Below are positions 47,816 to 57,208 of a stretch of DNA of 64,000 bases, one piece after another. The stretch's first letter is position 1. Every line of letters starts with the position of its first letter. The notes beneath the pieces are model-generated. The model made no database searches. It saw only the letters and a list, made by a program, of their open reading frames with translations, and had not been told where the DNA came from. The stretch comes from an uncultured Lentisphaeraceae bacterium (GTDB lineage: Bacteria > Verrucomicrobiota > Kiritimatiellia > RFP12 > UBA1067), in the NCBI GenBank assembly GCA_964440985.1, contig CAYTWE010000006.1:521-64520 (forward strand), given 5' to 3'. The position numbers and the translations under genes are program-made.

Positions 47816-48817
47816 TTGACGATGGGAGAGACGTACAGTCCGACGATCCTTCCCGGTGCGCAGCAGCAGGACGACGACATCTTCGTCAAGTTCCCGCTCG
47901 ATCCGTCCACGCTTGGCGGCGACGGCTCCGTGATAATCATGGAGCTTCTTCAGCGCTTCAAGGTCAGGGACGTCATGAAGCGCAAGGTCATCTCGCTCGC
48001 CCGCAGCACGTCCATGCGCGAAGCGCAGCGGATCATGCGCGAGAACCGCGTATCAGGGCTTCCGGTGTCGGAGGACGGGCGGCTCTTCGGCATAGTCTCC
48101 GTGAACGACATCATCAACGCGCTCGACAACGGCTGGATCGACGATCCGTGCGAGGCGCACATGGCGACGAACCTGGTGGTGCTTGAGGCCGGGATGCCGC
48201 TTGCGTATGCACTCCGGTATTTCGGGAACTACACATACGGACGCTTCCCGGTGCTGGATTCCTCTCGCAAGCTTGTCGGGATCATATCGCAGCGAGACGT
48301 GATGCGCGCTCTGCTCTACGAGCTGTCTGTTGAGATCCGCAAGCTGGAGCGCAAGGCGGCGCGAGGATCGAACATTCCGGAGCGTCCCGCCGGAGAGAAC
48401 TATTTCCGCAAGGAGTTCGCCGTTGTCCACAACGATCTCGGAAGCGCCGGCCGCGCCGCGAACGAAATAAAGAAGATTCTGAAGGACCGCAAGGTGGATC
48501 GTTCAATCGCCCGGCGCGTTGCGGTTGCCGCATATGAGCTGGAGATCAACATCTGCATCCATTCGCACGGCGGCATTTTGACGTTCGTGATTTCCGATGA
48601 AGGAATCATGGTCAAGGCGAAGGATCGCGGACCCGGCATCCCGGACATCGAGTGGGCCTGCCGGGACGGAACGTCCACGGCAAACGACTGGATCCGTTCA
48701 CTGGGCTTCGGCGCCGGCATGGGGCTCTCAAACTCGAAGCGTGTCGCAGACGAGTTCGGCATAAAGTCGGAGGTCGGAAGGTTCACCGAGGTGACGTGCC
48801 GCTTCCGGCTTAAATGA
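47816..48817 (+). CDS. CBS-pair domain fused to a GHKL-family ATPase (anti-sigma-factor-like kinase).
   Basis: Two CBS motifs ('VRDVMKRKVISL...', 'HMATNLVVLE...'), then N-box 'ELEINICIHS', G1 'DRGPGI' and G2 'GAGMGL'. Confidence 0.7.
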   Translation: MTMGETYSPTILPGAQQQDDDIFVKFPLDPSTLGGDGSVIIMELLQRFKVRDVMKRKVISLARSTSMREAQRIMRENRVSGLPVSEDGRLFGIVSVNDIINALDNGWIDDPCEAHMATNLVVLEAGMPLAYALRYFGNYTYGRFPVLDSSRKLVGIISQRDVMRALLYELSVEIRKLERKAARGSNIPERPAGENYFRKEFAVVHNDLGSAGRAANEIKKILKDRKVDRSIARRVAVAAYELEINICIHSHGGILTFVISDEGIMVKAKDRGPGIPDIEWACRDGTSTANDWIRSLGFGAGMGLSNSKRVADEFGIKSEVGRFTEVTCRFRLK

Positions 48818-48823
48818 CGCCGC

Positions 48824-49672
48824 TCACATCAGCGAGAGGATCGCGGGGGTGACGTCGGCGAGAGACGACACCATGCTGCGCATCTCGGTCTCCTTCGGCC
48901 CGAATACGATGAAGGGGACAGGGTTGCGGGTGTGTCCGCGCTCGTTCATAGCTTCGATGTTTCCGTGGTCGGACGTCATGACAAGCGTGATTCCGGCGGC
49001 GTCGGTGTAGCGCACGAGCGTAGAAAGGAATGCATCGTATTCGCGCAGCACGGCGCAGGCTCTCCCATAGTCCATCGAATGTCCGGCTACGTCAGTCTGG
49101 AAGTATTCGAAAAGCGTGAAATCGTTGGCGCGGATTATGTCGAAAAGATGTCGTGCCGCATCTTCGGGATCAATCACGGGAATGTCGGGATAGCGGTCAC
49201 GGATCGTCTCGCGCGTCAGATCCTGCAGCACGGCGTTGTCATCCGACAGATCGGATACAGTCGATACCGTCTCAGGCGCCGTGAGAGCCATCACCGTGGT
49301 GACGGACTTGAACCTGCGCACCTCAAGCTCGTCTGCGGATTCCACGAGATAGGCGTCCGCAAACTTGACCTTCTTTCCGCGTTCCTTGAGCTTAAGGAAA
49401 AGGTTCTCCCTGCTGATCACGTCTCTCAGGCCAGGCCCAGGAAAACCTTCACAGTGCCGTCCCATGAACTGTGGCGCGTTCACGCCTGTGAACATGGTCG
49501 TCTGCCCGGTGGCAGATTGCGGCAAGCCGTCCACGCCAAGGTTTGCGTCGATCGGCCTGCAATGCGAGGCCATAAGCCGACACAGCGCCGGACATACCTC
49601 AGGGTTTATTGGATTGTCAGGTGAAGGTGGGGCGATTCCGACGCCATCGATGAACAGGTAGACGAGTTTCAC
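48824..49672 (-). CDS. Metalloenzyme-superfamily (alkaline-phosphatase-like core) protein.
   Basis: 'YLFIDGVG' N-terminal and 'MTSDHGN' C-terminal metal-binding blocks, as in phosphopentomutase/iPGM-type enzymes. GTG start. Confidence 0.5.
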   Translation of the reverse strand: MKLVYLFIDGVGIAPPSPDNPINPEVCPALCRLMASHCRPIDANLGVDGLPQSATGQTTMFTGVNAPQFMGRHCEGFPGPGLRDVISRENLFLKLKERGKKVKFADAYLVESADELEVRRFKSVTTVMALTAPETVSTVSDLSDDNAVLQDLTRETIRDRYPDIPVIDPEDAARHLFDIIRANDFTLFEYFQTDVAGHSMDYGRACAVLREYDAFLSTLVRYTDAAGITLVMTSDHGNIEAMNERGHTRNPVPFIVFGPKETEMRSMVSSLADVTPAILSLM

Positions 49673-50541
49673 AGGCCGTAAGACTTCATCTCCTTCTTGA
49701 GTTCGTCAAGTGAGACGCTGTCCTCCTTTGCCTTCTCAAGAGCCGTCTTGTAGAGCGGCTTTGCCTTGTTGACGAAGTCGGCCTGGCTCTTGGCGTCGCC
49801 ATCATCGCCGGCGAGAGACGCGCAGCGCATGTAGTTCTTCGCCGCCACCCACTCGCGGGAGTAGACCACGCCGTTGGCAGGATCTGAATCCTCGAAATTC
49901 TCCATCTCGTCCGAAAGCATGTAATCGATGAAGACCTGAAGATGCTTTATGGCCTCCTTGCGCGGGTTGGCCTCCATCGCCTTGTGTGCGCGGAGCTTCG
50001 CGACGGTGCTCTTGCACCATCCCTGCGAGCGTCCCGGCATTCCGGCTTCAAGCAGTGCGATTGCGCCGTCGTAGTCGCCGACGAGGAAATAGCCGTCGAG
50101 CCTGCGTTCGCACAGGGAGTTCGCCGCCGCATCTGAGAGCCGTCCCGTCTTGAGGAGATATTCGGCGAATCCGATCATCTCCTTGATCCGTCGGTCGGTT
50201 TCCGCCTTGGGGGACTTCACGTCTCCGGTGAGGCGGATCATGGCCTCTTCGGCGAGCAGACCGATGGAGTCGTACGGAATCTTCGGCTCAAATCCGATCT
50301 TCGGAAGCCAACCCTTGAAGCGAACAGTGAAGAAGCGTTCGTCGACGAGCTTGCGAAGCCGCGCTGCGGACTCATCCATTGATGCGGCGCGGAACTCCTT
50401 CCTTACGGTCTTGTTCGTCGCCTTTTCCTGTTCGGGGCGCAGACGGACGGACCAGAGCCACAACGCCGCTCCCGCAACTGCGGCCAGCGCCGCCGCCACC
50501 ACGAACAACTTGACCGTAGACGACTTCTCTCTCATCTGCAA
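49669..50541 (-). CDS. Membrane-anchored hypothetical protein (N-terminal TM helix, TPR-like helical content).
   Basis: ORF with an N-terminal hydrophobic segment 'LFVVAAALAAVAGAALWLW'. I recognise no catalytic motif. GTGA overlap with the upstream gene. Confidence 0.5.
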   Translation of the reverse strand: MQMREKSSTVKLFVVAAALAAVAGAALWLWSVRLRPEQEKATNKTVRKEFRAASMDESAARLRKLVDERFFTVRFKGWLPKIGFEPKIPYDSIGLLAEEAMIRLTGDVKSPKAETDRRIKEMIGFAEYLLKTGRLSDAAANSLCERRLDGYFLVGDYDGAIALLEAGMPGRSQGWCKSTVAKLRAHKAMEANPRKEAIKHLQVFIDYMLSDEMENFEDSDPANGVVYSREWVAAKNYMRCASLAGDDGDAKSQADFVNKAKPLYKTALEKAKEDSVSLDELKKEMKSYGL

Positions 50542-50596
50542 GCACTCCTAATAGGTTCAGAAATAAAGATGCGCATATTATAGATGGAAAGCGGAT

Positions 50597-50625
50597 TTGC
50601 CGCAAGAGAGAAATCATGGTATCAT
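50597..50625 (+). promoter_or_regulatory. Promoter candidate TTGCCG-17-TGGTATCAT upstream of hom.
   Basis: Hexamers separated by 17 nt, followed by RBS AGGAGG and ATG 50655. Confidence 0.4.
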
Positions 50626-50654
50626 ACGCAAAATTTTTTAGGAGGTCAGTGAAG

Positions 50655-51950
50655 ATGAAAGAAGTTGGCGTTGGAATTCTCGGATTCGGAACGGTCGGTG
50701 CGGGCGTTGCGCAGGGATTGCTTGAGCATGGCGAGGTCATGTCCATGCGTCTTGGCGTGAAAATCGTGTTGAAGCGCATTGCCGACCTTGACATAACCAC
50801 CGATCGCGGTGTCACTGTGCCTGACGGCGTCCTCACCACCGACGCCGCCTCCGTGATAGCGGATGACGGCATAGGCATCGTCGTGGAGACGATCGGCGGC
50901 ACCGGCATAGCGAAGAAGCTTGTGCTTGACGCAATTGCGGCGAAGAAGTGCGTGGTCACGGCGAACAAGAAGCTGCTCGCGGAGTACGGACGGGAGATAT
51001 TCGATGCGGCTTCGGCGAACGGCGTTGACATCTACTTCGGCGCAAGCGTGGGCGGCGGCATCCCGATCATCCGTGTTTTGCGCGAAGGCCTTTCCGGCAA
51101 CGAGATAAACACCATCCACGGAATCCTGAACGGCACGTGCAACTACATACTCACGCGCATGGAGAACGAGGGCAAGCCTTTCGACGAAATCCTCAAGGAT
51201 GCGCAGAAGCTCGGCTATGCCGAGGCGAATCCGTCCCTCGACATCGACGGCTTCGACACAGCCCACAAGGCCTGCATCCTCGCGGCGCTGGCCTACGGAT
51301 TCCAGCCCACGCTCGAACAGGTGCAGGTCGAAGGCATCCGCAACCTTTCCGGCGATGACGTGAAGTACGCCGCGGACTTCGGCTACCGCATCAAGCTTCT
51401 CGCCTGCGTCGCACGTGACGGCGGAGAGGTCGAGGTCGGGGTGCATCCCACGCTCGTTCCCTTCTCCCATATGCTCGCCAACGTGAACGGCGTGTTCAAC
51501 GCCGCCATGGTTAACGGCGACATGAGCGACTACACCATGTACTACGGACGCGGCGCCGGACGCGCCCCGACGGCATCCACCGTAGTTGCCGACATCGGCG
51601 ACATCGCCCGCAACATAGCGAACGGCGAGACGCGGTACAGCCGCGCCGTGCCGACGTACGGCGAGGGCGTGACGAAACTCCGCGCCGCCGGCGACATCGT
51701 TTCGCGGTTCTACCTGCGCTTCATGCTCGCGGACAAGCCCGGTGCATTCGGCGCTGTCGCAACGGCGCTCGGAAAGCATGGCGTTTCCATCTCTGCGGCG
51801 TCGCAGAAGTCGAGCGGCGAAGGCAACGCGCCGGTGCCTGTCGTTGTTCTCACGCACAAGTCGCGCACCGCAGACCTCGAGGCGGCGCTTGGCGAGATTG
51901 AGAAGTCGGGCGTAGTCTCCGAGACTCCGGTCCGCCTGAGGATGCTCTGA
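50655..51950 (+). CDS. hom: Homoserine dehydrogenase with a C-terminal ACT domain.
   Basis: 'VGVGILGFGTVG' Rossmann N-terminus, then the catalytic domain and an ACT-like tail. The start is the internal ATG with a strong RBS. Confidence 0.9.
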   Translation: MKEVGVGILGFGTVGAGVAQGLLEHGEVMSMRLGVKIVLKRIADLDITTDRGVTVPDGVLTTDAASVIADDGIGIVVETIGGTGIAKKLVLDAIAAKKCVVTANKKLLAEYGREIFDAASANGVDIYFGASVGGGIPIIRVLREGLSGNEINTIHGILNGTCNYILTRMENEGKPFDEILKDAQKLGYAEANPSLDIDGFDTAHKACILAALAYGFQPTLEQVQVEGIRNLSGDDVKYAADFGYRIKLLACVARDGGEVEVGVHPTLVPFSHMLANVNGVFNAAMVNGDMSDYTMYYGRGAGRAPTASTVVADIGDIARNIANGETRYSRAVPTYGEGVTKLRAAGDIVSRFYLRFMLADKPGAFGAVATALGKHGVSISAASQKSSGEGNAPVPVVVLTHKSRTADLEAALGEIEKSGVVSETPVRLRML

Positions 51951-51975
51951 TTCTCCGGCGGACGGTCGTCCATCT

Positions 51976-53376
51976 ATGGCGGCACTTCTGCCAGCGGAAC
52001 GCAGAACGTGGAAGGGGCGTCTCTTCCTCGTCTGCGTATACGCATTGCTTGCGCTTGGCGGCATCACCATGGTTCTTCCGTTCATGGTGATGCTCGCTTC
52101 GAGCTTCTCCTCCAGCTACGACTACGCCCGTCACGCACCGGTGCTGCGCGCCCTATGGAACCGGAACGACCGTTTCATGCGGTCGGTGGCGACGTACTTT
52201 CCGAGATTTCCGCGTGACGTGTTTCCGGATGCACCTGCGTCCTGGACAACATGGCAATCCGTTGCGCAGGACAAGGCCGGTGTGGACAGGTTCGCCGATG
52301 CGCTGCTCGATCCGCTCACGAACAGGACGCTATACGCTGAATGGAGGCGAGGGGCGGAGCGGTATCGTGAATTGTCTTCCGCATGGGACATCCACCGCAC
52401 GGTGTGCAACTACGACCCGCGGGACGTGCAGCCGTTCACCGGGTCGTTCCAGACGTCGTTTACGGCGGAGACGCATCTGCCCGTTGCGGACGCGGGATGG
52501 TCGCCGCCGACGGATGACGAGAGATACGGGCTGTGGTGCAGGTTCAAGGATTCGTACCGGCAGCGTATGCAGAGCCGGGGCGACTACCTGTGCCGGACAA
52601 CACCTGTTGCGACGGCTGCGGCCGATGCGGCGGTGCTGCGCGACGGTCTCCGGAAGGCTATTGCCGTGCAGTTCATCGAGCATGGCCGGCGGGACTTTCT
52701 TCTCGGCGCGTTCGACAACTACCGGCTTGTGGGGCAATACCTGTTTCTGCGCGGAGAGGCGTTCATGAACACCGTACTGCTCGTGCTGTTCTCCGTGTTT
52801 GCGTCGCTCATCGTAAATCCGCTCGCCGCATATGCTCTGTCCCGTTTCCGCATGAAGGGTGCGGAGGGCGTGCTGCTTTTTCTGCTTGCGACGATGGCGT
52901 TCCCGGCGGCTGTGACGGCCATACCTGGATTTCTGCTCATCCGCGATCTGGGGCTGATAAACACTCTTGCGGCGCTTGTCCTCCCGACGGTGGCGAGCGG
53001 CATGAGCATATTCATCCTCAAAGGGTTCTTCGATGCGCTTCCCCGCGAACTCTATGAGGCTGCGGCGATCGACGGTGCTGGCGAGTGGACGGTGTTCACC
53101 CGGATAACGCTTCCGATGACTACGCCGATACTCGCCGTGAATGCGCTCAACCATTTCATTGCGGCGTACAATTCGTGGGAGTGGGCGTTCCTCGTCTGCC
53201 AGAAGGAATCCAAATGGACGATTGCGGTGTGGATGTACCAGATGAGCCAGGAGATGGCCGGCCAGCCGTGGTGCGTAATGGCGGGCTTTGTGCTGGTTTC
53301 CATCCCGACGGCGCTTGTGTTCCTCTTCTGCCAGAAAGTCATCCTTCGCGGAATTGTGCTTCCGAGCATGAAATGA
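51976..53376 (+). CDS. Carbohydrate ABC transporter permease (MalG/UgpE-like) with an unusually long periplasmic insertion; no partner genes are adjacent.
   Basis: Multiple TM segments and the EAA loop 'ELYEAAAIDGAGEWTVFTRITLPM'. A large hydrophilic loop of about 190 aa follows TM1. Confidence 0.8.
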   Translation: MAALLPAERRTWKGRLFLVCVYALLALGGITMVLPFMVMLASSFSSSYDYARHAPVLRALWNRNDRFMRSVATYFPRFPRDVFPDAPASWTTWQSVAQDKAGVDRFADALLDPLTNRTLYAEWRRGAERYRELSSAWDIHRTVCNYDPRDVQPFTGSFQTSFTAETHLPVADAGWSPPTDDERYGLWCRFKDSYRQRMQSRGDYLCRTTPVATAAADAAVLRDGLRKAIAVQFIEHGRRDFLLGAFDNYRLVGQYLFLRGEAFMNTVLLVLFSVFASLIVNPLAAYALSRFRMKGAEGVLLFLLATMAFPAAVTAIPGFLLIRDLGLINTLAALVLPTVASGMSIFILKGFFDALPRELYEAAAIDGAGEWTVFTRITLPMTTPILAVNALNHFIAAYNSWEWAFLVCQKESKWTIAVWMYQMSQEMAGQPWCVMAGFVLVSIPTALVFLFCQKVILRGIVLPSMK

Positions 53377-53403
53377 CGCCGCACCGGCGGCAGCGCGGCG
53401 TTA

Positions 53404-53412
53404 TGGTATAAT
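53404..53412 (+). promoter_or_regulatory. Extended -10 (TGGTATAAT) 9 nt upstream of the glf ATG; leaderless configuration.
   Basis: TATGGTATAATCCAGACCAT-ATG(53422). Confidence 0.45.
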
Positions 53413-53421
53413 CCAGACCAT

Positions 53422-54498
53422 ATGCAGAACATCGATGTGATAGTGGCCGGGGCCGGAGTGTGGGGCTGCACTGTGGCGCGTTGCATCGCCGAGCAGGGAT
53501 GCAAGGTGCTGGTGATGGAGAAGCGGCCCGTCGTGGGCGGAAACGTGCGCTGCGAGACGGATCCCGGCAGCGGGATCGAGATCCATGTGTACGGAAGCCA
53601 CATATTCCATACGCATCTTGACGATGTGTGGCGTTTCGTCCACCGCTTCGTGGAGTTCAACGGATATCAGCACAAGGTGCTTGCGCGTCATGACGGAAAG
53701 ACGTATTTTCTTCCGGTGGGGCTTGCGCTCGTGAACAAGTTCTTCGGCGTGGAGCTGTCACCGTCAGAACTGCCGGGGTTCATGGCCGACGAATCGCGCA
53801 AGGGGCGGCTCTTCGACGCATTTTTCCGTGGCTACACGTCGAAGCAGTGGGGGCGGCGTCCGGAGGACATCGATCCGTCCATCATCAGGCGTGTGCCGGT
53901 ACGCGCCTCGTATGACGTAAACTACTTCAACGACAGCAACCAGGGCATCCCGCTAACCGGGTACAACTCGCTGTTCGAGCGTCTTCTCGACCATCCGAAC
54001 ATCACCGTGGAGTGCAATCGCGAATTCGACCTTGAGGGCTGGCGGCGCGGTGCGCTCTCAGGCAGACCGGTGTACTATTCCGGTCCGATAGACCGTCTTT
54101 TCGGATACAGATACGGGGAACTGCCGTGGCGTTCGCTCACCTTCGAGCGAGAGACGCTCGACATCGCGGACTATCAGGGCACAAGCGTTGTGAACTACGT
54201 GGATGCCGACATTCCGTACACGCGCATACACGAGTTCAAGCACTACCATCCGGAGGACAAGGCGACGATGGCGCTGGCAAAGACCGTGATAATGCGCGAG
54301 TATCCGCGCACATGGAAGTCCGGCGACGAACCGTACTATCCTGTTGACACCCCGGAATCTCAAGCGCTGCTCCTGAAATACCGGGAAGAGGCCATGAAGA
54401 TTCCTGGGCTTACGGTTGGCGGAAGGCTTGGCGAATACAGGTACTATGACATGGATCAGTCCATTGGAAAGGCGCTTGAGGTCGCACTTCGCAATTGA
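53422..54498 (+). CDS. glf: UDP-galactopyranose mutase.
   Basis: 'DVIVAGAGVWGCTVA' FAD-binding N-terminus; the 358-aa length and 'YYDMDQ' C-terminal block are typical of Glf. Confidence 0.9.
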   Translation: MQNIDVIVAGAGVWGCTVARCIAEQGCKVLVMEKRPVVGGNVRCETDPGSGIEIHVYGSHIFHTHLDDVWRFVHRFVEFNGYQHKVLARHDGKTYFLPVGLALVNKFFGVELSPSELPGFMADESRKGRLFDAFFRGYTSKQWGRRPEDIDPSIIRRVPVRASYDVNYFNDSNQGIPLTGYNSLFERLLDHPNITVECNREFDLEGWRRGALSGRPVYYSGPIDRLFGYRYGELPWRSLTFERETLDIADYQGTSVVNYVDADIPYTRIHEFKHYHPEDKATMALAKTVIMREYPRTWKSGDEPYYPVDTPESQALLLKYREEAMKIPGLTVGGRLGEYRYYDMDQSIGKALEVALRN

Positions 54499-54548
54499 GC
54501 GAGATCCCCCGGCCTTCCCGCAGGCTGTCCGTCGCTGTCGGCTTCGTG

Positions 54549-54557
54549 TGATATAAT
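54549..54557 (+). promoter_or_regulatory. Extended -10 (TGATATAAT) 7 nt upstream of the GTG start of the coiled-coil secreted protein.
   Basis: GTGTGATATAATAGGGCGT-GTG(54565). Confidence 0.35.
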
Positions 54558-54564
54558 AGGGCGT

Positions 54565-55407
54565 GTGAAGAGATTTCAGACATTGCTGTGGTGCATGGCC
54601 GTTTCCGTCGCGTTTGCGGAGGGACAGCCTTTCTCGCGCTACCAGACGATCATCGACAGAAAGCCGTTCGGGCCGGAGCCGGTGAACTTTGACCCCGAAG
54701 CGCTGCCTGGTTCGGCTGCGGCATCCGGAGCTGCCGGCGAAATGACGCCGGAGCAGCGTACCGCAGAGGAGCGGCAGCTTGCCGCCAAGGTGCGCGTCTC
54801 CATACTCAACGTGACGCCGGCCGGCGCCGTCAAAGTCGGTTTTACGGATTCATCGGTCACTCCGAACGAAAACTACTACCTCAAGGTTGGTGCGAGCCAG
54901 AACGGATGGACGGTGAAGGATGCGGATCCGAAGACGGAATCCGTCACCCTTGAGAAGGACGGCGTGGAGGTGACTCTCAAGCTTGGCGAAGCATCGGGCG
55001 GGCGGGACGCGAAGGGCGGTCAGTCCAAACGCCGTCAGGCGGCGGCCATGCCGGCAGCAATGCCGCTTAGTGCGTCGAACCGTGACGCAGAGCCGGAGGC
55101 GTCTGGCCGGGGCCGTTCCATAGGCGGGCTGGCGCGTCTTCGCCAGCGACGCATGGAGAAGAAGGCCGAAGAGCAGGCGGAGGCAGAGCGCAAGCGCGAG
55201 GCGGCGGCCGTCGCGGAGGAGGCGCGCAAGGAGCGCGAGGCCGCAGAGGCCGCAGAGAAGCAGAGGGTGGAAGAGGAGCGGCGGCAGCAACGCGAGGCTC
55301 TGATGCAGATCCAGGAGCAGCTGAGAAAGGCGCGCGAGGAACGTGAAGCGGCAGCGGCAAACAAAGCCAATGAGGAGGAGCAGGGTGAAACGGACAACGC
55401 TGAGTGA
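54565..55407 (+). CDS. Secreted protein with a charged coiled-coil (E/R/K/A-rich) C-terminal half.
   Basis: Signal peptide 'MKRFQTLLWCMAVSVAFA'. The C-terminal 'EKKAEEQAEAERKREAAAVAEEARKEREAAEAAEKQRVEEERRQQREA' is strongly alpha-helical and charged. Confidence 0.5.
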   Translation: MKRFQTLLWCMAVSVAFAEGQPFSRYQTIIDRKPFGPEPVNFDPEALPGSAAASGAAGEMTPEQRTAEERQLAAKVRVSILNVTPAGAVKVGFTDSSVTPNENYYLKVGASQNGWTVKDADPKTESVTLEKDGVEVTLKLGEASGGRDAKGGQSKRRQAAAMPAAMPLSASNRDAEPEASGRGRSIGGLARLRQRRMEKKAEEQAEAERKREAAAVAEEARKEREAAEAAEKQRVEEERRQQREALMQIQEQLRKAREEREAAAANKANEEEQGETDNAE

Positions 55408-56215
55408 ATTCAGGGATTCCCTGCTCAAGACGGGCGGATATTCGTCCGGGACGGACGTGCTGGCGCCTGTGCGGAGGAAAAAAGGACGCTGGACGACATT
55501 CAGTTTCACCATGAGCGTCTTTTTCGTGTTTCCGTACTGTGCGGTGCGCGAGTTCTTCAGGTCGCTTACGACGGAGCTGTGGGCGCGATGCTGCTTCAAG
55601 GCGCACCAGAAGGCTGAACGCTTCGGCATGAAGGTGACGGCTGACGGGTGGGAGAACAGGAACGTTTGCAAAGGTCCGGTTGTATACCTCTGCAACCACA
55701 TGTCAACCCTTGAGACGATCATGCTTCCGCCTGTGCTTTTGACGTATGGGCCGTTCAACATATTCGTGAAGGCGTCGCTTTCGCGTCTGCCGGCGCTGAA
55801 ACGCGCCGCCGCGCACATGGGGCTCATCCCGCTTGGACGCAAGTCGCCGCGAGAGGATCTCATGCAGGTGTTCAAGGAGGGGGTTGCCCGCATAAAGGAA
55901 GGGCACTCGATCCTGATATTCCCGCAAGGGTCGCGTGAGCGCGTGTTCTCTCGCAGACTGTACTCCTCCATCGGCGCGAAACTTGCGGAGAAGGCGGGGG
56001 TGCCGGTGATTCCGGTCGCCGTCAAAACGGACTGCGAACCGACCCGTCCCGACGGGTGCGGATGGCTAAAGGATTTCGGCACCGTCGATCCGTCGAAGGA
56101 CATACGTCTCCGGTGCGGTCCTCCGATCACCGGAACGGCCAAGGAGATGCATCAGAAGGTGTTTGATTGGATCAAGGCGCAGCTTGATGAGTGGGGGCTT
56201 CCGACAGAGGGATGA
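55385..56215 (+). CDS. 1-acyl-sn-glycerol-3-phosphate acyltransferase (PlsC family).
   Basis: 'YLCNHMSTLE' is the H(X)4E/D motif and 'FPQGSRER' is block III. I choose GTG 55385, which sits 6 nt after AGGAGG; ORF 55343 is open further upstream. Confidence 0.7.
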   Translation: MKRTTLSEFRDSLLKTGGYSSGTDVLAPVRRKKGRWTTFSFTMSVFFVFPYCAVREFFRSLTTELWARCCFKAHQKAERFGMKVTADGWENRNVCKGPVVYLCNHMSTLETIMLPPVLLTYGPFNIFVKASLSRLPALKRAAAHMGLIPLGRKSPREDLMQVFKEGVARIKEGHSILIFPQGSRERVFSRRLYSSIGAKLAEKAGVPVIPVAVKTDCEPTRPDGCGWLKDFGTVDPSKDIRLRCGPPITGTAKEMHQKVFDWIKAQLDEWGLPTEG

Positions 56216-57123
56216 AAGGCCGCCGCTATCTGATCTGGCTCAATTGGCCTGAGCGTCCGTTCAGGCTGTGCGCTGCCGACAAGGCGTTCTTCCAATCTTT
56301 GGTCGGACGCAACGATGTGCGGGTTGTGCGTTCCGTACGTGCGTTCCTGAGGGAGCTTCCGCTTGCGACGCACGCCATATGCTGGGAGTTTCGCAAGGAG
56401 TGGTTTGCGTCCGCGCCGAATCTCCGCGTGCTTGCGACACCTGGCGCCGGCCGGGAACTGATGCCGACGGATGCCGAACTTCCGGCAGGTGTGACGAAAT
56501 ACCATGGCGAGTTTCATGGTCAGGTGATGAGCGAGACCGTTATCGCCTACATGCTTGCGTGGTGCCGTGGACTGTATCCGGCGTACGACTGGCAAAGATC
56601 TGGCGATGACGGCAATCTTTGGCGACGCACTGAACTTGGTGAGCGGTGCTTTTCTCTTGCCGGGACGAAAGCCGTCATCCTCGGCTACGGGCGCATCGGC
56701 GGCGCAATCGGGAAGAGGCTTGAGGCCATGGGCGTGTCGATTGCAGGCATACGGCGCGGCAACTTCGCTGAGCTTCGTCCTGCCGTTTCCGACGCGGATT
56801 GGCTGATATGCGTATTGCCGTCCGACACCGGCACCGACGGCATCGTCGATGCCGCGCTGTTGCGCAGGATGAAGCGCAGTGCGGTTCTGATCAACATCGG
56901 GCGCGGAAACGCCGTTGTTGAAAGCGACCTCGCCGAAGCGCTGAAACGCCGCAGGATTGCGGCTGCGTTCCTTGACGTGTTCCGCAAAGAGCCGCTTGAC
57001 GCCTCCTCTCCGCTTGCCGCCGATCTGCCCGGTCTGTACCGCTTTCCGCACGGATCTGCGTTCACCCCAGACTATTTGACGATGTTTTTCCGCGAATTGG
57101 CTTCGCGTGGGGCGCTGCGGTAG
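56212..57123 (+). CDS. D-isomer-specific 2-hydroxyacid dehydrogenase family protein.
   Basis: 'VILGYGRIGGAIGKRL' NAD-binding motif and the catalytic R/E/H region 'INIGRGNAV'. ATGA overlap with the upstream gene. Confidence 0.8.
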   Translation: MKGRRYLIWLNWPERPFRLCAADKAFFQSLVGRNDVRVVRSVRAFLRELPLATHAICWEFRKEWFASAPNLRVLATPGAGRELMPTDAELPAGVTKYHGEFHGQVMSETVIAYMLAWCRGLYPAYDWQRSGDDGNLWRRTELGERCFSLAGTKAVILGYGRIGGAIGKRLEAMGVSIAGIRRGNFAELRPAVSDADWLICVLPSDTGTDGIVDAALLRRMKRSAVLINIGRGNAVVESDLAEALKRRRIAAAFLDVFRKEPLDASSPLAADLPGLYRFPHGSAFTPDYLTMFFRELASRGALR

Positions 57124-57208
57124 CGTAGGACGAACGATTGGCTTCGCTTTTTGCGTCAGCAAACACCATTGACAAGCACAGCAACAAGACAGGAAAGGAA
57201 ACCTACCG

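Noticed and set aside
55343-55384. Upstream extension (GTG 55343 or ATG 55370) of the second PlsC gene, overlapping the coiled-coil protein gene by up to 65 nt.
   Set aside because: GTG 55385 sits 6 nt after a perfect AGGAGG and just before the upstream stop, giving a conventional arrangement. The longer forms remain possible but are less parsimonious.
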